A stretch of DNA of 64,000 nt from an uncultured bacterium. Its GTDB lineage: Bacteria > Hydrothermota > UBA3072 > B12-G15. The notes under the pieces were generated by a model, which did not search any database, was not told where the DNA came from, and worked only from the letters and a program-made list of their open reading frames with translations. This document shows, piece after piece, positions 62,752 through 64,000 of this stretch; the stretch's first letter is position 1, and each line of letters begins with the position of its first letter. The DNA is taken from positions 8,988-72,987 of the forward strand of contig CBFDSV010000002.1 of NCBI GenBank assembly GCA_965612735.1, in the 5' to 3' direction. The translations under genes were made by a program, and so were the position numbers.

Positions 62752-64000
62752 ATGGCATATATTGTCCTCGCGAGAAAATACAGGCCACAGACCTTTGAAG
62801 AGGTGGTGGGTCAGGAGCATGTTACAAGAACCCTGAAAAATGCGCTGAAAGAGGGTAAAATAGGGCATGCTTACCTTTTTGCAGGTCCCCGTGGTGTTGG
62901 CAAAACATCTGTTGCAAGGATTCTTGCCAAGGCTCTGAACTGTGAAAAGGGCATCACCCCTGAACCCTGCAATAAGTGTGAAAGATGCAGGGAAATAACA
63001 GAGGGTAGGTCAGTTGATGTACTTGAGATAGATGGTGCGTCCAACAGGAAGATTGAAGAGATAAGGAATCTCAGGGAGGGGGTTGGATACGCACCTGCAA
63101 ACAGCAGATACAAGGTCTACATAATAGATGAAGTTCACATGCTGACAAACGAGGCCTTCAATGCACTTCTAAAGACCCTTGAAGAACCTCCCCCCCATGT
63201 TGTCTTCATATTTGCGACAACTGAACCCCACAGGGTACCTGCAACCATCATGTCCAGGTGCCAGAGGTTTGATTTCAGGAAACTCACCACAGGCGAGATT
63301 CTCAAAAGGCTCAAAGAGATAAAAGAAAAAGAGGGGATAAAGATTACTGATGAGGCACTGAATCTCATTGCCTACAGGGCGGATGGAGCATTGAGAGACG
63401 CTGAGGTTGCCATTGAGCAACTCACAGCATACACAGAGGATGAAATCAGCCTTCAGGATATAAAGGAGGTTTTTGGATTTATAGATAAGTCCTTTTATAT
63501 TGAACTTATTAAAGGTGTAATAGAGCAGGACGACAGGAAGATTATCTCCGAGATTGAAAACATCTTTGAACAGGGGTTTGATCTGAAAGAGTTTGTTGTT
63601 GGATTAATTGACTTCCTGAGGGAACTCTTACTATCACGGCTTGATGTGAAAAATCCATTCTCCATTGAAGAGGATCCGGAAATAAAGAGGATGGCCGGAA
63701 GTACTGATGAAGACAACCTTGTAGCCATGCTGAATCTGGCAGTTGAACTTGAAAGATCCTTAAGGTACATCAATTATTCAAGAGCCATGGTTGAACTGTA
63801 CCTGTTAAAGATGGCTCGCATCCCCTACATCAAAAAGGTATCTGAACTTATATCAGGTGCAGAGAAAGGAACACCCTCAGTTGAAGCAAAAAAAGGGAAA
63901 CCAGAGCCTCCCCCAAGGATAGAAGAGGAACCCCTCACCGGTGAAAAACTATGGGAGAGGATCAAAGAGGAAATATTAAAAAAGGCATCAGGTGGATTGA
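62752..64000 (+). CDS. dnaX: DNA polymerase III subunits gamma/tau (5' part; runs off the window)
   Basis: Not in the ORF track because no stop lies in the window. ATG 62752 after GGAG. MAYIVLARKYRPQTFEEVVGQEHV..., Walker A GPRGVGKTS, Cys cluster C..C..C, DEVHML. Confidence 0.9.
   Translation, partial: MAYIVLARKYRPQTFEEVVGQEHVTRTLKNALKEGKIGHAYLFAGPRGVGKTSVARILAKALNCEKGITPEPCNKCERCREITEGRSVDVLEIDGASNRKIEEIRNLREGVGYAPANSRYKVYIIDEVHMLTNEAFNALLKTLEEPPPHVVFIFATTEPHRVPATIMSRCQRFDFRKLTTGEILKRLKEIKEKEGIKITDEALNLIAYRADGALRDAEVAIEQLTAYTEDEISLQDIKEVFGFIDKSFYIELIKGVIEQDDRKIISEIENIFEQGFDLKEFVVGLIDFLRELLLSRLDVKNPFSIEEDPEIKRMAGSTDEDNLVAMLNLAVELERSLRYINYSRAMVELYLLKMARIPYIKKVSELISGAEKGTPSVEAKKGKPEPPPRIEEEPLTGEKLWERIKEEILKKASGGL

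Noticed and set aside
62384-62868. Several 60-134-aa ORFs on both strands between the TSUP gene and dnaX
   Set aside because: The region folds as an SRP RNA with the universal domain IV motif, a closing helix and its own promoter. The ORFs have no start signals.

Overview
This is a densely packed, mostly core-genome window from an uncultured-looking diderm bacterium. The diderm call rests on lpxH, TolC/RND efflux genes, lipoproteins and two cargo proteins carrying type IX secretion (T9SS) C-terminal sorting domains. Proteins are rich in K/E/I. The lineage cannot be assigned from this window alone. All family calls come from motif recognition by eye; no BLAST or HMM search was run.

About 60 CDS are supported:
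- a phoH-pgpH-ybeY-corC-corC-yitT-recO block;
- a long minus-strand block with a five-gene two-component signalling unit, followed by a giant-TPR/Cys-rich-TPR/lpxH unit;
- a divergent RR-HD-GYP plus NtrC-type activator pair;
- suhB and xerC/D;
- a five-gene plus-strand operon: a transglutaminase-like pair, an MTH1187-like protein, a novel repeat/HEAT protein and an HD-GYP-TPR protein;
- a tetR-tolC-MFP-RND operon with two extra small genes;
- a highly repetitive LVIVD-repeat T9SS cargo gene;
- topA, rluD, rph, bactofilin, an M23 peptidase, three tandem M42 peptidases, parAB, yfhO, nikR and the 5' part of dnaX.

RNA genes are tRNA-Asp(GTC) and a long-form SRP RNA directly upstream of dnaX.

The most interesting signals are:
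- a 43-bp perfect direct repeat with an internal palindrome carrying the -35 boxes of the tetR-efflux and LVIVD promoters;
- an Lpp-like C-terminal-lysine coiled-coil lipoprotein paired with a homologous coiled-coil LysM protein;
- a recurrent leaderless promoter-ATG architecture at six genes;
- an uncharacterised 26-27-residue DxxGNDxY repeat protein;
- an in-frame A7 slippery run in dnaX.
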